From contig CAXXXD010000003.1 in the NCBI GenBank assembly GCA_963663385.2, forward strand, positions 320,001 through 384,000: a DNA stretch of 64,000 nt, given 5' to 3'. Position 1 is the first letter of the stretch, and every line of letters begins with the position of its first letter. The DNA comes from Oceanispirochaeta sp. (GTDB lineage Bacteria; Spirochaetota; Spirochaetia; DSM-2461). Positions 1 to 8,637 of the stretch are shown piece after piece. The notes under the pieces were generated by a model. It worked only from the letters and a program-made list of their open reading frames with translations, was not told where the DNA came from and made no database searches. The translations under genes were made by a program, and so were the position numbers.

Positions 1-397
1 TCAGCGGGTCAATTTCTGCCATAACCCGGAGAAAATCAGGCTGATGGGTTTTATCGTAGGAAGCCGGGTCCAGCGGGAGGCAGGTACCGTCGGGGTTGGT
101 GAGGTACAGCCTGCGGATATAGTCGAAATCCATGTTTTCCAGTACCCGGTAGGAGCAGATGAATTTCGTTGCATGGGGCCTCCCGTCCTCATGGGGGCAG
201 AGTCCGTTCAGTACCTCGTCAATAGAGAAATAGGGATCCCGGAATGCAATATCAATTTCTGCGAATATTACCTTCCCGTCGTAGTGCCGGGCGGATCCCA
301 TGGTGTAGTGCCGGGCAAACTCATCGTAAGGGAGCTGAGAAGCCACAAGAGCCATATTCGGATAGAGAATAGCATAAAGATGTTTTTCGTAATTCAT
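1..397 (-). CDS. Hypothetical protein, 3'-truncated by the window edge ([49 protein letters not shown]...)
   Basis: Missed by the ORF track because it has no stop in the window. ATG at 397, 4 nt after the hppA stop, with a G-rich RBS; frame open to the edge (132 codons). Confidence 0.8.
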   Translation of the reverse strand, partial: MNYEKHLYAILYPNMALVASQLPYDEFARHYTMGSARHYDGKVIFAEIDIAFRDPYFSIDEVLNGLCPHEDGRPHATKFICSYRVLENMDFDYIRRLYLTNPDGTCLPLDPASYDKTHQPDFLRVMAEIDPL

Positions 398-401
398 TCG
401 A

Positions 402-2471
402 TTACCCCCAAAAGGATTTTAACATAGGTGCGATTACCAGCGACACCATGGACATAAGTTTAATCAGAATATTCAGGGACGGCCCCGCCGTATCCTTGAA
501 GGGATCTCCCACTGTATCACCGACGACAGCGGCCTTATGGGAATCGGACCCCTTACCGCCCAGTTCTCCTCCCTCGATGGATTTTTTGGCATTGTCCCAG
601 GCACCGCCGGAGTTGGACATGAAGATGGCCAGTACGACTCCGGATGAAGTGACTCCGGCCAACAGGCCTATCAGCATTCCCGGACCGCCCAGAAAGCCGA
701 CAAGAAGGGGCGTTGTAACCGCGATGATTCCCGGCAGCAGCATCTCCCTGAGTGCCGCTGCGGTGCTGATATCGATACACCGGTTGTAATCGGGTTCTTC
801 CGTTTCAGACAGAATCCCCGGTTTTTCCCTGAACTGGCGACGTACTTCCTCTATCATTTTAAAGGCGGCCCTGCCCACAGCTCCCATGGAAAGAGCCGAA
901 AAGAGATAGGGAATGACCGCACCGACAAACAGTCCTGTCAGAACCGGAACGCTGGTCAGGTCAATAACCGCGGCTCCCGAGGATTCCTTAAAGGATGTAA
1001 AGAGGATCAGCGCTGTCAGAGCCGCCGAACCTATGGCAAACCCCTTGCCAATAGCTGCCGTTGTATTTCCAACGGCATCCAGACTGTCCGTGATATCCCT
1101 GACTTGATGGGGCATTTCAGACATCTCGGCCAATCCCCCCGCGTTATCTGCAATCGGTCCGTAAGCATCAACGGCAAGCTGAATCCCGAGGGTTACCAGC
1201 ATGCCCATGGCGGCCATGGCGACACCGTACATTCCTCCCAGGGTGAAGCTTCCCAGAATGGCTGCGGCAATAAGGATCAGAATCGGAAAGGATGACATCA
1301 TACCGACGCCTATCCCGGTAATAATAGCAGTGGCGGCCCCTGTCTCGCAGCTCTTAACAATGGAATTCACCGGACGGGTTCCTGTCCCTGTATAGTATTC
1401 GGTTATCAGGCCGATCAAAGTACCGGCAGCAAGCCCCATACAGCTGGCCAGAAATACGGCCAGCCAGCCGGTACCGTTACCATACTGTTCATCTCCCAGG
1501 AAAAATCTGAACAGGATAAAGGCAAAGAGGGCAGCCAGCCCGGCCGCACCGAATGTTCCCGTATTCAGGGCCTTCTGGGGATCCTTTCCCGGTCCTGTTC
1601 TCACAAAAAACACGCCGATTATGGATGCCAGGATACCGACAGAGGCCAGCAGAAGCGGCAAAAGCAGAAGTTTCATTTTTACCGGAGTTGAAGCATCGGT
1701 TGTCAGGCCAAGGATCATGGCCCCGACCAGGGAACCCACATACGATTCAAAAAGGTCAGCCCCCATCCCGGCCACATCGCCTACATTATCTCCCACATTG
1801 TCGGCGATAGTGGCCGGATTACGGGGGTCGTCCTCGGGAATTCCGGCTTCGACCTTACCCACCAGGTCGGCTCCCACATCGGCCGCCTTGGTAAAGATTC
1901 CTCCGCCTACGCGGGAGAAAAGGGCAATGGATGAAGCCCCCAGGGAGAATCCTGTAATAATGGGCAATACCGTCTCTATCAGGATTTCTTCGGTGCTTCC
2001 CAGGAAATTTGTAAATATCCATAGTAAAAGAGACAGACCGGACAGGCCGAGGCCTACAACGCACATTCCCATTACGGTTCCTCCGGAAAAGGCTATCCTT
2101 AAGGCGCCGTTCATACCGCAATCCAGGGCGGACTGGGTTGTCCGTGAGTTGGATGCCGTCGCAATTTTCATCCCGATGTATCCCGACAGAGCGGACAATA
2201 CCGCGCCTACAATAAAAGACAGGGACTGAAATCTGAGAAATCCTTTATTAGCCAATGCCAGAAAAAGGGATACTATTGCAATGAAAGGAAGAAGAATCCT
2301 GTACTCCCTGTAGAGGAACGTCATGGCTCCTTCCGATACATATCCACCAATCTTCCGTAAAACCGGATTGTTAACAGGTTGTCTGTATATCCGGAAACTT
2401 GTAATTAAAGCAAAAATCAATGCACCCGTTCCAGCGGCAAAGCCTATGGGTATGAATTGATTCATATTCAT
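402..2471 (-). CDS. hppA: Membrane-bound K+-dependent, probably Na+-translocating pyrophosphatase
   Basis: Motifs [44 protein letters not shown] and [17 protein letters not shown] (Ala = K+-dependent); DLFES gate Glu as in Na+-PPases. Start moved to ATG 2471 behind AGGAG. Confidence 0.95.
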   Translation of the reverse strand: MNMNQFIPIGFAAGTGALIFALITSFRIYRQPVNNPVLRKIGGYVSEGAMTFLYREYRILLPFIAIVSLFLALANKGFLRFQSLSFIVGAVLSALSGYIGMKIATASNSRTTQSALDCGMNGALRIAFSGGTVMGMCVVGLGLSGLSLLLWIFTNFLGSTEEILIETVLPIITGFSLGASSIALFSRVGGGIFTKAADVGADLVGKVEAGIPEDDPRNPATIADNVGDNVGDVAGMGADLFESYVGSLVGAMILGLTTDASTPVKMKLLLLPLLLASVGILASIIGVFFVRTGPGKDPQKALNTGTFGAAGLAALFAFILFRFFLGDEQYGNGTGWLAVFLASCMGLAAGTLIGLITEYYTGTGTRPVNSIVKSCETGAATAIITGIGVGMMSSFPILILIAAAILGSFTLGGMYGVAMAAMGMLVTLGIQLAVDAYGPIADNAGGLAEMSEMPHQVRDITDSLDAVGNTTAAIGKGFAIGSAALTALILFTSFKESSGAAVIDLTSVPVLTGLFVGAVIPYLFSALSMGAVGRAAFKMIEEVRRQFREKPGILSETEEPDYNRCIDISTAAALREMLLPGIIAVTTPLLVGFLGGPGMLIGLLAGVTSSGVVLAIFMSNSGGAWDNAKKSIEGGELGGKGSDSHKAAVVGDTVGDPFKDTAGPSLNILIKLMSMVSLVIAPMLKSFWG

Positions 2472-2483
2472 TTTTGATCTCCT

Positions 2484-2493
2484 ATAAAAAGTC
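2484..2493. repeat. IS110 subterminal inverted repeat (end downstream of the transposase)
   Basis: ATAAAAAGTC, exact reverse complement of 3845-3854; extends imperfectly to ~21 bp. Confidence 0.85.
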
Positions 2494-2531
2494 AATCATA
2501 AGCCTATTAACAAGCTTACAATTGAACCGGA

Positions 2532-3644
2532 TTACCCAGTTTTTACGGCATTGAATGCAGCCGCCTGCATCTTCAAGTACTTATCATCCGGAACCATCTT
2601 CAACGGATCAAAGGGTTCACGGGTTTTCAATATGGAGTACACTACCGTACTCATCTTTCTTGCAGAGGCGATAATACTCGTGCCGCTGCCCTTGTTCTTC
2701 TTCATCGCTCTGTACTTCGTCATGATACGGTAATTGCCAGTCGTTTTCCGAGTTCTAACCATTCCCATAACACACTGAACAAATGCCGTTCTCAGTTCTA
2801 CAGCCCCTCTCTTTGTTATATGCCCATGATGAATCGTCTCATTGGAGTTCTGCACCCATGGTACAAGACCGGCATAAGCCGAATACTTCTTGGCACTGGC
2901 GTACCGCTTGATATCATCCGTATAGGCCCTAATAGTCGATGCCGTTATCAATCCGACTCCCGGGATCGTCTGCAATAACTGTACATCCTCATCTTCCTTT
3001 ACAAGTTCCAGCAGGACTTTCTCTAACTGCTTGACCTGGTTCGAAACCTGATCTATCGTAGAAAGCAGCGGTTCTATCGCTTTGGCAGCGCTTCCGAAAC
3101 TCCTATGGTCCACGAGACCGATGAGGATGCGCTGCCTTTCTTTTTTACTCTGCAGCGCAGCTCTTTTTGTTTCAATTCCATACCCTAGAAGCAGTCCGTG
3201 AACCTGATTCTTCAAAGATACGACTGATTTAACAAGGATAGTTCTGGATTTAAGAACTCTACGGATATCCTCACTCTCCTGAGAACAAAGCTGTGATTCG
3301 GGAAGCATATCTTTTTCCAAGAACTCTGCTAGAGTTCTGGCATCATGCTTATCCGTCTTTTTCACTGATTCATTTACAACTTTGAATTTCAGTGTATTCA
3401 CAACCACCACCTCAATCCCTGCTAGCAATAGCTTGTTACGGAAGAACCGGGCATTTCCTGTTGATTCCACTGCAGCCCTAACATCAAGGCCCTCTTCTGT
3501 ATAGGACACTGCTTTCTCAAGAAATGCTCTGTAACCGTCCTCAGAGGTCGGATACATTCCTGATTCACAAATGCTTCTATCATCACTCAGGAAACAGACT
3601 GTTAACTGGGATTTGTGCAGATCCACTCCGATACTCATCTTCAT
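2532..3644 (-). CDS. IS110 family transposase/recombinase (DEDD RuvC-like + Tnp20 domain)
   Basis: IGVDLHK, AVESTG, KTDKHDA (D-E-D-D); LLQTIPGVGLITA, YAGLVPWVQNS, ITKRG. Start at ATG 3644 behind AGGAG. Confidence 0.95.
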   Translation of the reverse strand: MKMSIGVDLHKSQLTVCFLSDDRSICESGMYPTSEDGYRAFLEKAVSYTEEGLDVRAAVESTGNARFFRNKLLLAGIEVVVVNTLKFKVVNESVKKTDKHDARTLAEFLEKDMLPESQLCSQESEDIRRVLKSRTILVKSVVSLKNQVHGLLLGYGIETKRAALQSKKERQRILIGLVDHRSFGSAAKAIEPLLSTIDQVSNQVKQLEKVLLELVKEDEDVQLLQTIPGVGLITASTIRAYTDDIKRYASAKKYSAYAGLVPWVQNSNETIHHGHITKRGAVELRTAFVQCVMGMVRTRKTTGNYRIMTKYRAMKKNKGSGTSIIASARKMSTVVYSILKTREPFDPLKMVPDDKYLKMQAAAFNAVKTG

Positions 3645-3659
3645 ACCTTCGCTCCTATT

Positions 3660-3841
3660 GCCTAAAACAGCGCCTGTACGGTGAATTGATTCCATTCTCC
3701 TATCCGGTCTCGAAGACCATTGAATGTTTCGGTCACGGCTCTTCATTCTCCTGTACGGTCTCGGAGACCAGTAAAAATGGCGAACAGTAACCTGGCTGTT
3801 CTAAACGATGTTTAGAACATTGTATCAATCCACAAGCCTAT
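3660..3841 (-). ncRNA. Candidate IS110 bridge/seek guide RNA in the long upstream non-coding end
   Basis: Lies downstream of the predicted circle-junction promoter. 10-bp hairpin 3797-3819, then two homologous ~28-nt units (3744-3771, 3693-3720), each with a GGTCT-N3-AGACC hairpin and the AGGAG junction motif. Ends approximate. Confidence 0.65.
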
Positions 3842-3844
3842 GAA

Positions 3845-3854
3845 GACTTTTTAT
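3845..3854. repeat. IS110 subterminal inverted repeat (end upstream of the transposase)
   Basis: GACTTTTTAT, reverse complement of 2484-2493. Confidence 0.85.
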
Positions 3855-3913
3855 CATTCCTCCTTTACTATTCAAAAACGCAACTGAACTGGTGATTAGT
3901 CATATTCAGCGGA

Positions 3914-6900
3914 TTACCCCTTCAGGACTTTCAGCATCTCCTCCAGGGAAATCTTCCTCTCTTCAAAGGCGATAAACGCCTCATCTGTCACAGAGTGTCC
4001 CGCCTGGGGGCCGGGGATTAACCGGAACCGGTCATCCAGGTTCCCTTCTGTAATCGCTGCAGCTATCTGCCCGATTGCTTCGGATGCACCCTTCCTGACA
4101 CACTCCTCGCAGAGACAGACATGAATATGTTTCTTGCCTCCCGTCTTCAGGGTCGTGGGTTCGGCAACCTTCCTCATATTATTATAGGTTGTATGAAGCA
4201 GTTCTTTGGCTGTTTTGGAACGGATCTCACCCAGAAGGCGCCGGTACAGCCCCTGCACATCCGGGTTGTCCTGACTCTGCCGGATCTGCGCATCCGTATC
4301 CTGCTCATGGAGGAAGGTGGACCTTTTGGCCCAGTCGTCCTTGGTCCGGACACTGGGGGTTCCCGCTCCGGAGATACAGCCGCCGGGGCAGGCCATAATC
4401 TCTATCATGTCCAGTCCGGTATCTTCGCCGTTCTTGATCCTCTCCACAATGGGAACCGCATTGCTGATACCGCTGATAATCCCGATACGGACCGTGGCGT
4501 CTCCCAGTCTGGCCTGGCTGATCTTGACGCCCTCCATACCATGGGCTTCGGTATACTCCAGGGGTTTGTATTTATAGGCGGGGTCCAGTTTGGATGCCGC
4601 CATCCTGAGAGCCGCTTCGGACACCCCTCCGGATACACCGAAGATAATCCCCGCTCCCGTGCTCTGCCGGAAGGGGTTGTCAAACTCGGACGGTTTGACC
4701 TGATCTTTGGTAATTCTCAGGCAGTCTGCCATTTCAAATAGTTCGATGGAAGTCAGAACGGAATCCACATCCTGCAGACCGCCTGTGTACATCTCCGGGC
4801 GGTCTGCCTCTTTTTTCTTGGCCAGGCAGGGCACAATGGAAACCACATGGAGTTTTTCCCGGTCGATATCCCTGTAGAACTCGGGGAGATAGCGTTTGAC
4901 CACGGCTCCCATCATCTGCTGGGGAGATTTACAGGAAGAAAGGTGAGGAATCACTTCCGGATAGGATTTTTCCACAAAGTTCACCCATCCTGGGCAGCAG
5001 GAGGTCAGGTGAGGAAGGGGGGTTCCCTTACCCAGTCTTTCCAGAAATTCCGTGGTCTCTTCCACAATGGTCAGGTCCGCTGCAAAGGCGAAGTCATATA
5101 CATAGTCAAAGCCGATCTTTTTCAGAAGCCCGGCGATAAAACCGGAGGTTTCCGCCGAAGTCAGCCCGTAGCGTTCGGCGACCAGCGCTCTTACGGCGGG
5201 GGCAATAAAACCGACGGTCCTGCAGTCCTCTCCGCAGTTGATGGAACTGAAGACCCTGTCTGTCGCCCGGACAAAGTCCAGAGCGCCGCAGGGGCAGACA
5301 TTGACACAGTGACCGCAGGCAATACAGTTGGTTTCGGTCAGGGGCCTGCCTGTTTTGGTGGTAACCTTGAAGTTCCCGTCCAGTGAGGTCATGGCCAGAA
5401 CATCCACACCCATTACATTGGAGCAGGCGTTTACACAGGCACCGCAGCCGATACACTTGTTGTGGTTCCGGCGGATAAAAGGGTGATCCTTCTCAATGGG
5501 AAGGTAGTTGGCCACCTTGTTGACCTTTCTATATTCAATTCCGTATTCCGTGGCTGCTGCCCGGAGGGAGCAGTGCTTTTCCTGACTGCAGCCGCAGCTG
5601 AGACAGCGTTTTGACTCTTCCATGGCCTGTTCGGCTGCGATGGTGTATTCCACCTCGTCAAAAGTCTCCTTTCTTGCCTTCATCTCCGCATGACTCAGCT
5701 TAACCCGGGGAATTTCAGGTTTATCCGCAAACTCGTATTTGGGCAGGTCTTCAAAGGACTCCATGTAGCAGGTGTACTCTTTTCCCGGCAGCTGAGCATA
5801 GCCGTGAGTCAGAAAATGATCCATGGAATCTGCCGCCATCTTCCCGGCGTTGATCGCCTGAATAACCGTAGCGGGACCGGTGGTACAGTCCCCTCCCGAG
5901 AAGATCCCTCTGGCCGAGGTTTCCATGGTTTTCGGGTTAACATCAATGTCCCCCCACTTGTTCAGCTTAACCGGAAGGTCGTCCCACAGGTAGTCGGTGT
6001 TGGTCTTCTGTCCTACAGCGGAGATAATCATATCACAGGCAAGGACCGATTCCGAACCTTCCACGGGAACGGGACGGCGGCGTCCGGATTTGTCCGGCTC
6101 ACCCAGTTCCATCCTCTGAATGCCCAGACCGGCGATGTCGTTAGTTTCGTTCAGAACAATCCTGTTGGGAGCCGAAAGGAAAAGCATCTGGATTCCCTCT
6201 TCCAGGGCTTCTTCCACTTCATAAGGTTCGGCAGGCATCTGTTCCCGTGTCCTTCTATAGACCAGAGTTACCCTGGACGCGCCGTTTCTGAGGGCAGTAC
6301 GGGCACAGTCAATGGCGGTGTTTCCTCCTCCGACGACAGCCACATGACCCTCGTTGCGCTTCTCACGGCCTCTGGTAACCAGTTCCAGGTAGTGGATGCC
6401 CGGCCGTACACCGGCCACCTTTTCGCCGTCCACCCGCATGGAACTGGGTTCCCAGGATCCTACGGCCATATAAACCGCGTCAAAATCCTTCTGCAGGTCT
6501 TCCAGTCTCAGGTGCTGTCCCAGCGCTTTTCCGGTAACGATGGTCACTCCGGCTTTCTCAATACGGGCAATTTCCCTGTCCATAACATCTTCGGGCAGGC
6601 GGTAGGAGGGGATTCCGTACCGCATCATGCCTCCCGCTTTCTCCTGCCTCTCGAAGAGGGTGACATTGTGTCCCTTCAGGGCGGAATAGTAGGCTGCGGA
6701 CAGCCCCGAGGGGCCTCCGCCCACAATGGCAAGGCGTTTTCCGGTTTTTTCCACTTCAGGGAATACCGGTTGTTCCTGCTCAACCAGATCGGCCACAAAG
6801 CGTTTGACCGGGTTGATGGCTACGGGGGTGTCCACCAGGTTGCGACGGCAGGCAGCCTCGCAGGGGTGGGGGCAGACCCGGCCACAGATGGCGGGGAGAG

Positions 6901-7333
6901 GGTTGCTGTCCAGGATAATATCGTAGGCGGCTTTGAAGTTGCCCACAGCTACCTGTTTCAGGTACCCCTGAATATCCACACCGGCAGGGCAGGTTCTGTG
7001 GCAGGGGGCGGTGCAGTCCGCCTGATGGTCCTCCAGAAGTTCCTTGAGGCGGTACTTTCTGAAGTTTTCCAGATTTTCGCTTTTTGTGAATATGGTCATG
7101 CCATCGTCACAGAGGGTTATGCCGGGATGGACGAGGGAGCCGTCTCCCAGTTCGACCATACTCAGGCCGCTGTTGTCTTTCCAGTCCCGGAATTTGGGAT
7201 CGAATCCCAGAAGGGGAAGGGGAATGTCCTGATCCAGGATAACCTGGAGGATTGTCTGGTTCTGATGGATTTGGTAGTCTTTTTGGTCTACCGTAATGGA
7301 AATAGTACTGCTCCCGGTGGCGGGGGTGGACAT
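3914..7333 (-). CDS. [FeFe]-hydrogenase fused to an N-terminal GltD-like NAD(P)H/FAD oxidoreductase domain (glutamate-synthase-beta-linked type)
   Basis: GltD: APCHRTCP, CGRVCPHPCEAAC, GGGPSG, GGGNTAIDCAR. 2x[4Fe-4S]: CIGCGACVNAC, CIACGHCVNVCP. H-cluster: TSCCPGW, VPCLAKKKE, EIMACPGGCISGAG. Small-subunit motif LLHTTY. RBS AAGGAG. Confidence 0.93.
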   Translation of the reverse strand: MSTPATGSSTISITVDQKDYQIHQNQTILQVILDQDIPLPLLGFDPKFRDWKDNSGLSMVELGDGSLVHPGITLCDDGMTIFTKSENLENFRKYRLKELLEDHQADCTAPCHRTCPAGVDIQGYLKQVAVGNFKAAYDIILDSNPLPAICGRVCPHPCEAACRRNLVDTPVAINPVKRFVADLVEQEQPVFPEVEKTGKRLAIVGGGPSGLSAAYYSALKGHNVTLFERQEKAGGMMRYGIPSYRLPEDVMDREIARIEKAGVTIVTGKALGQHLRLEDLQKDFDAVYMAVGSWEPSSMRVDGEKVAGVRPGIHYLELVTRGREKRNEGHVAVVGGGNTAIDCARTALRNGASRVTLVYRRTREQMPAEPYEVEEALEEGIQMLFLSAPNRIVLNETNDIAGLGIQRMELGEPDKSGRRRPVPVEGSESVLACDMIISAVGQKTNTDYLWDDLPVKLNKWGDIDVNPKTMETSARGIFSGGDCTTGPATVIQAINAGKMAADSMDHFLTHGYAQLPGKEYTCYMESFEDLPKYEFADKPEIPRVKLSHAEMKARKETFDEVEYTIAAEQAMEESKRCLSCGCSQEKHCSLRAAATEYGIEYRKVNKVANYLPIEKDHPFIRRNHNKCIGCGACVNACSNVMGVDVLAMTSLDGNFKVTTKTGRPLTETNCIACGHCVNVCPCGALDFVRATDRVFSSINCGEDCRTVGFIAPAVRALVAERYGLTSAETSGFIAGLLKKIGFDYVYDFAFAADLTIVEETTEFLERLGKGTPLPHLTSCCPGWVNFVEKSYPEVIPHLSSCKSPQQMMGAVVKRYLPEFYRDIDREKLHVVSIVPCLAKKKEADRPEMYTGGLQDVDSVLTSIELFEMADCLRITKDQVKPSEFDNPFRQSTGAGIIFGVSGGVSEAALRMAASKLDPAYKYKPLEYTEAHGMEGVKISQARLGDATVRIGIISGISNAVPIVERIKNGEDTGLDMIEIMACPGGCISGAGTPSVRTKDDWAKRSTFLHEQDTDAQIRQSQDNPDVQGLYRRLLGEIRSKTAKELLHTTYNNMRKVAEPTTLKTGGKKHIHVCLCEECVRKGASEAIGQIAAAITEGNLDDRFRLIPGPQAGHSVTDEAFIAFEERKISLEEMLKVLKG

Positions 7334-7366
7334 GAGAAGCTCCTTTAAATATAAATTCCTCTATTG

Positions 7367-7388
7367 ATATGATCGTAAGAGATCATAT
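7367..7388. promoter_or_regulatory. Candidate operator upstream of the hydrogenase
   Basis: Perfect 8-6-8 inverted repeat ATATGATC-gtaaga-GATCATAT, 34 nt upstream of the start codon. Confidence 0.4.
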
Positions 7389-7586
7389 ATGAATTATATT
7401 GTAATGAAGTTCAGTTGTCTATGCTATATTGATGAATTAAAATGATCGAAAAAATATAAAATAAGAGCCTTTGTTTTTTTCAGTTTTTCCGGCTGGTTCA
7501 CCCAAAAAGCTGAAATCAGGATTAGTGCAGGTTGCCGGGGGAGGTAGTATTCAAATCGGCGGAAAGATCTGCCAGCTTTTTCTGTA

Positions 7587-7790
7587 TTAGATTCTACAGG
7601 CTGCTTTTGCCAATATTTTATGAGTTTCGGAGGAATCTTTCCCATGAAGATTCCCTATCAGTTTTTCTGATGTTTTGGAATCAATCATTTTGACAAGTTT
7701 TCGATCTTTATAAACCAGCATTCGTTTATCTTTCATGATCCTGTAGCTGTAAAGATCTTTTCTGTTTTCTTTATCTGCGCAGATGTTCAT
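7587..7790 (-). CDS. Small basic hypothetical protein (67 aa)
   Basis: ATG with AAGGA RBS; fills the gap between co-oriented genes. Confidence 0.6.
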   Translation of the reverse strand: MNICADKENRKDLYSYRIMKDKRMLVYKDRKLVKMIDSKTSEKLIGNLHGKDSSETHKILAKAACRI

Positions 7791-7909
7791 TTGTGAAGTC
7801 CTTTTGTAGAAAGGGAATAATTAATAAGCTGTGATTGTTTTAATATATACCAATGTTACCTTTAAATCCAGTTTCAATCAGTTCTTTTCTCAAGTTTAGC
7901 AAATTCGAG

Positions 7910-8590
7910 CTAATATCCGGGCTGGCCTATATGCAGAATGGTAATACCCTCTCCTATAATTCTTTCCTCTTTCCTGCCGGCAAAGAGTTTTTCAATATTC
8001 TGCTGTGATGAGGCATGAGGGCAGATTCCCAGCAGTGTTTCCCGATCGGCAAAAAAGCGAAAGGGATACTCAAGCCTTTCCCAAATGTTGTGAGGATAAT
8101 AAAAACTCATAAGTTCCGGCGGGTAAGGATCCGATTTGGTCAGGTTATCCATGAGAAGTTTATTTTCAATAAGTATCAACCAGCCGTTATCTTTTAGAAT
8201 CCGTCTGAACTCTCTGATAGCGGCATGTTCTTCACAGTCACTGATGCCGCTTCCGCAGGTGATCACGTCAACGGACTGTCTGCCGATCATTGTACAATTA
8301 GCTGTTCCGTTAATCTCTATGAAGTTCTTGTTTTTCCAGAACCTCTCGGCTGCTTCCTGTCTTTTTTCCCTGTCTGGTTCAATACAGTAGACAGTATTGG
8401 CCAGTTTCATAAAATGACGGGCAAGATTTCCCGTTCCGGAATTGATGTCTGCCAGAATCATTCCTTTGTTAAGACCAGTCCTTTTATGAATGTACTCAAT
8501 AGCATCCCTGGAATAGTCCCATTCAAGTATAACTTCCTCAGTAACCTGGCATTCTTCAAGAGTCAGATTGGTGTTCTCATGGATTAACAT
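7910..8590 (-). CDS. Class I SAM-dependent methyltransferase (possibly degenerate)
   Basis: ILADINSGTG motif I, VYCIEP, SVDVITCG, EFRRILKDNGWL. Confidence 0.8.
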   Translation of the reverse strand: MLIHENTNLTLEECQVTEEVILEWDYSRDAIEYIHKRTGLNKGMILADINSGTGNLARHFMKLANTVYCIEPDREKRQEAAERFWKNKNFIEINGTANCTMIGRQSVDVITCGSGISDCEEHAAIREFRRILKDNGWLILIENKLLMDNLTKSDPYPPELMSFYYPHNIWERLEYPFRFFADRETLLGICPHASSQQNIEKLFAGRKEERIIGEGITILHIGQPGY

Positions 8591-8637
8591 ACATTCAGTA
8601 TACCATGAGTTTTTTAATATAAGTAAAGGAAATGGTT

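Larger units (their letters stand above)
2479..3864 (-). mobile_element. IS110-family insertion sequence, apparently complete
   Basis: Encodes a DEDD recombinase. Subterminal IRs ATAAAAAGTC (2484-2493) / GACTTTTTAT (3845-3854); CTCCT at both junctions (2479-2483, 3860-3864). Confidence 0.88.

Noticed and set aside
44..427. 127-aa plus-strand ORF
   Set aside because: Antisense to the better-supported minus-strand CDS starting at 397.
2490..2495. Outward-facing -35 of the IS forming a hybrid promoter for hppA
   Set aside because: The -10 position 17 nt downstream falls on the hppA start codon and is non-consensus.
3645..3746. N-terminal extension of the transposase in the ORF track
   Set aside because: The RBS and the DEDD domain start point to ATG 3644; the extension overlaps the structured non-coding end.
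3693..3771. Two hairpin-containing direct repeats read as a mini-CRISPR array
   Set aside because: Only two imperfect units, no cas genes, and they lie inside an IS end, which explains them better.
5690..7348. 552-aa plus-strand ORF
   Set aside because: Antisense shadow of the hydrogenase; no motifs or RBS. The same applies to the other long antisense ORFs (e.g. 10233-10970, 34102-34935, 43303-44196, 48562-49413, 61100-62005).
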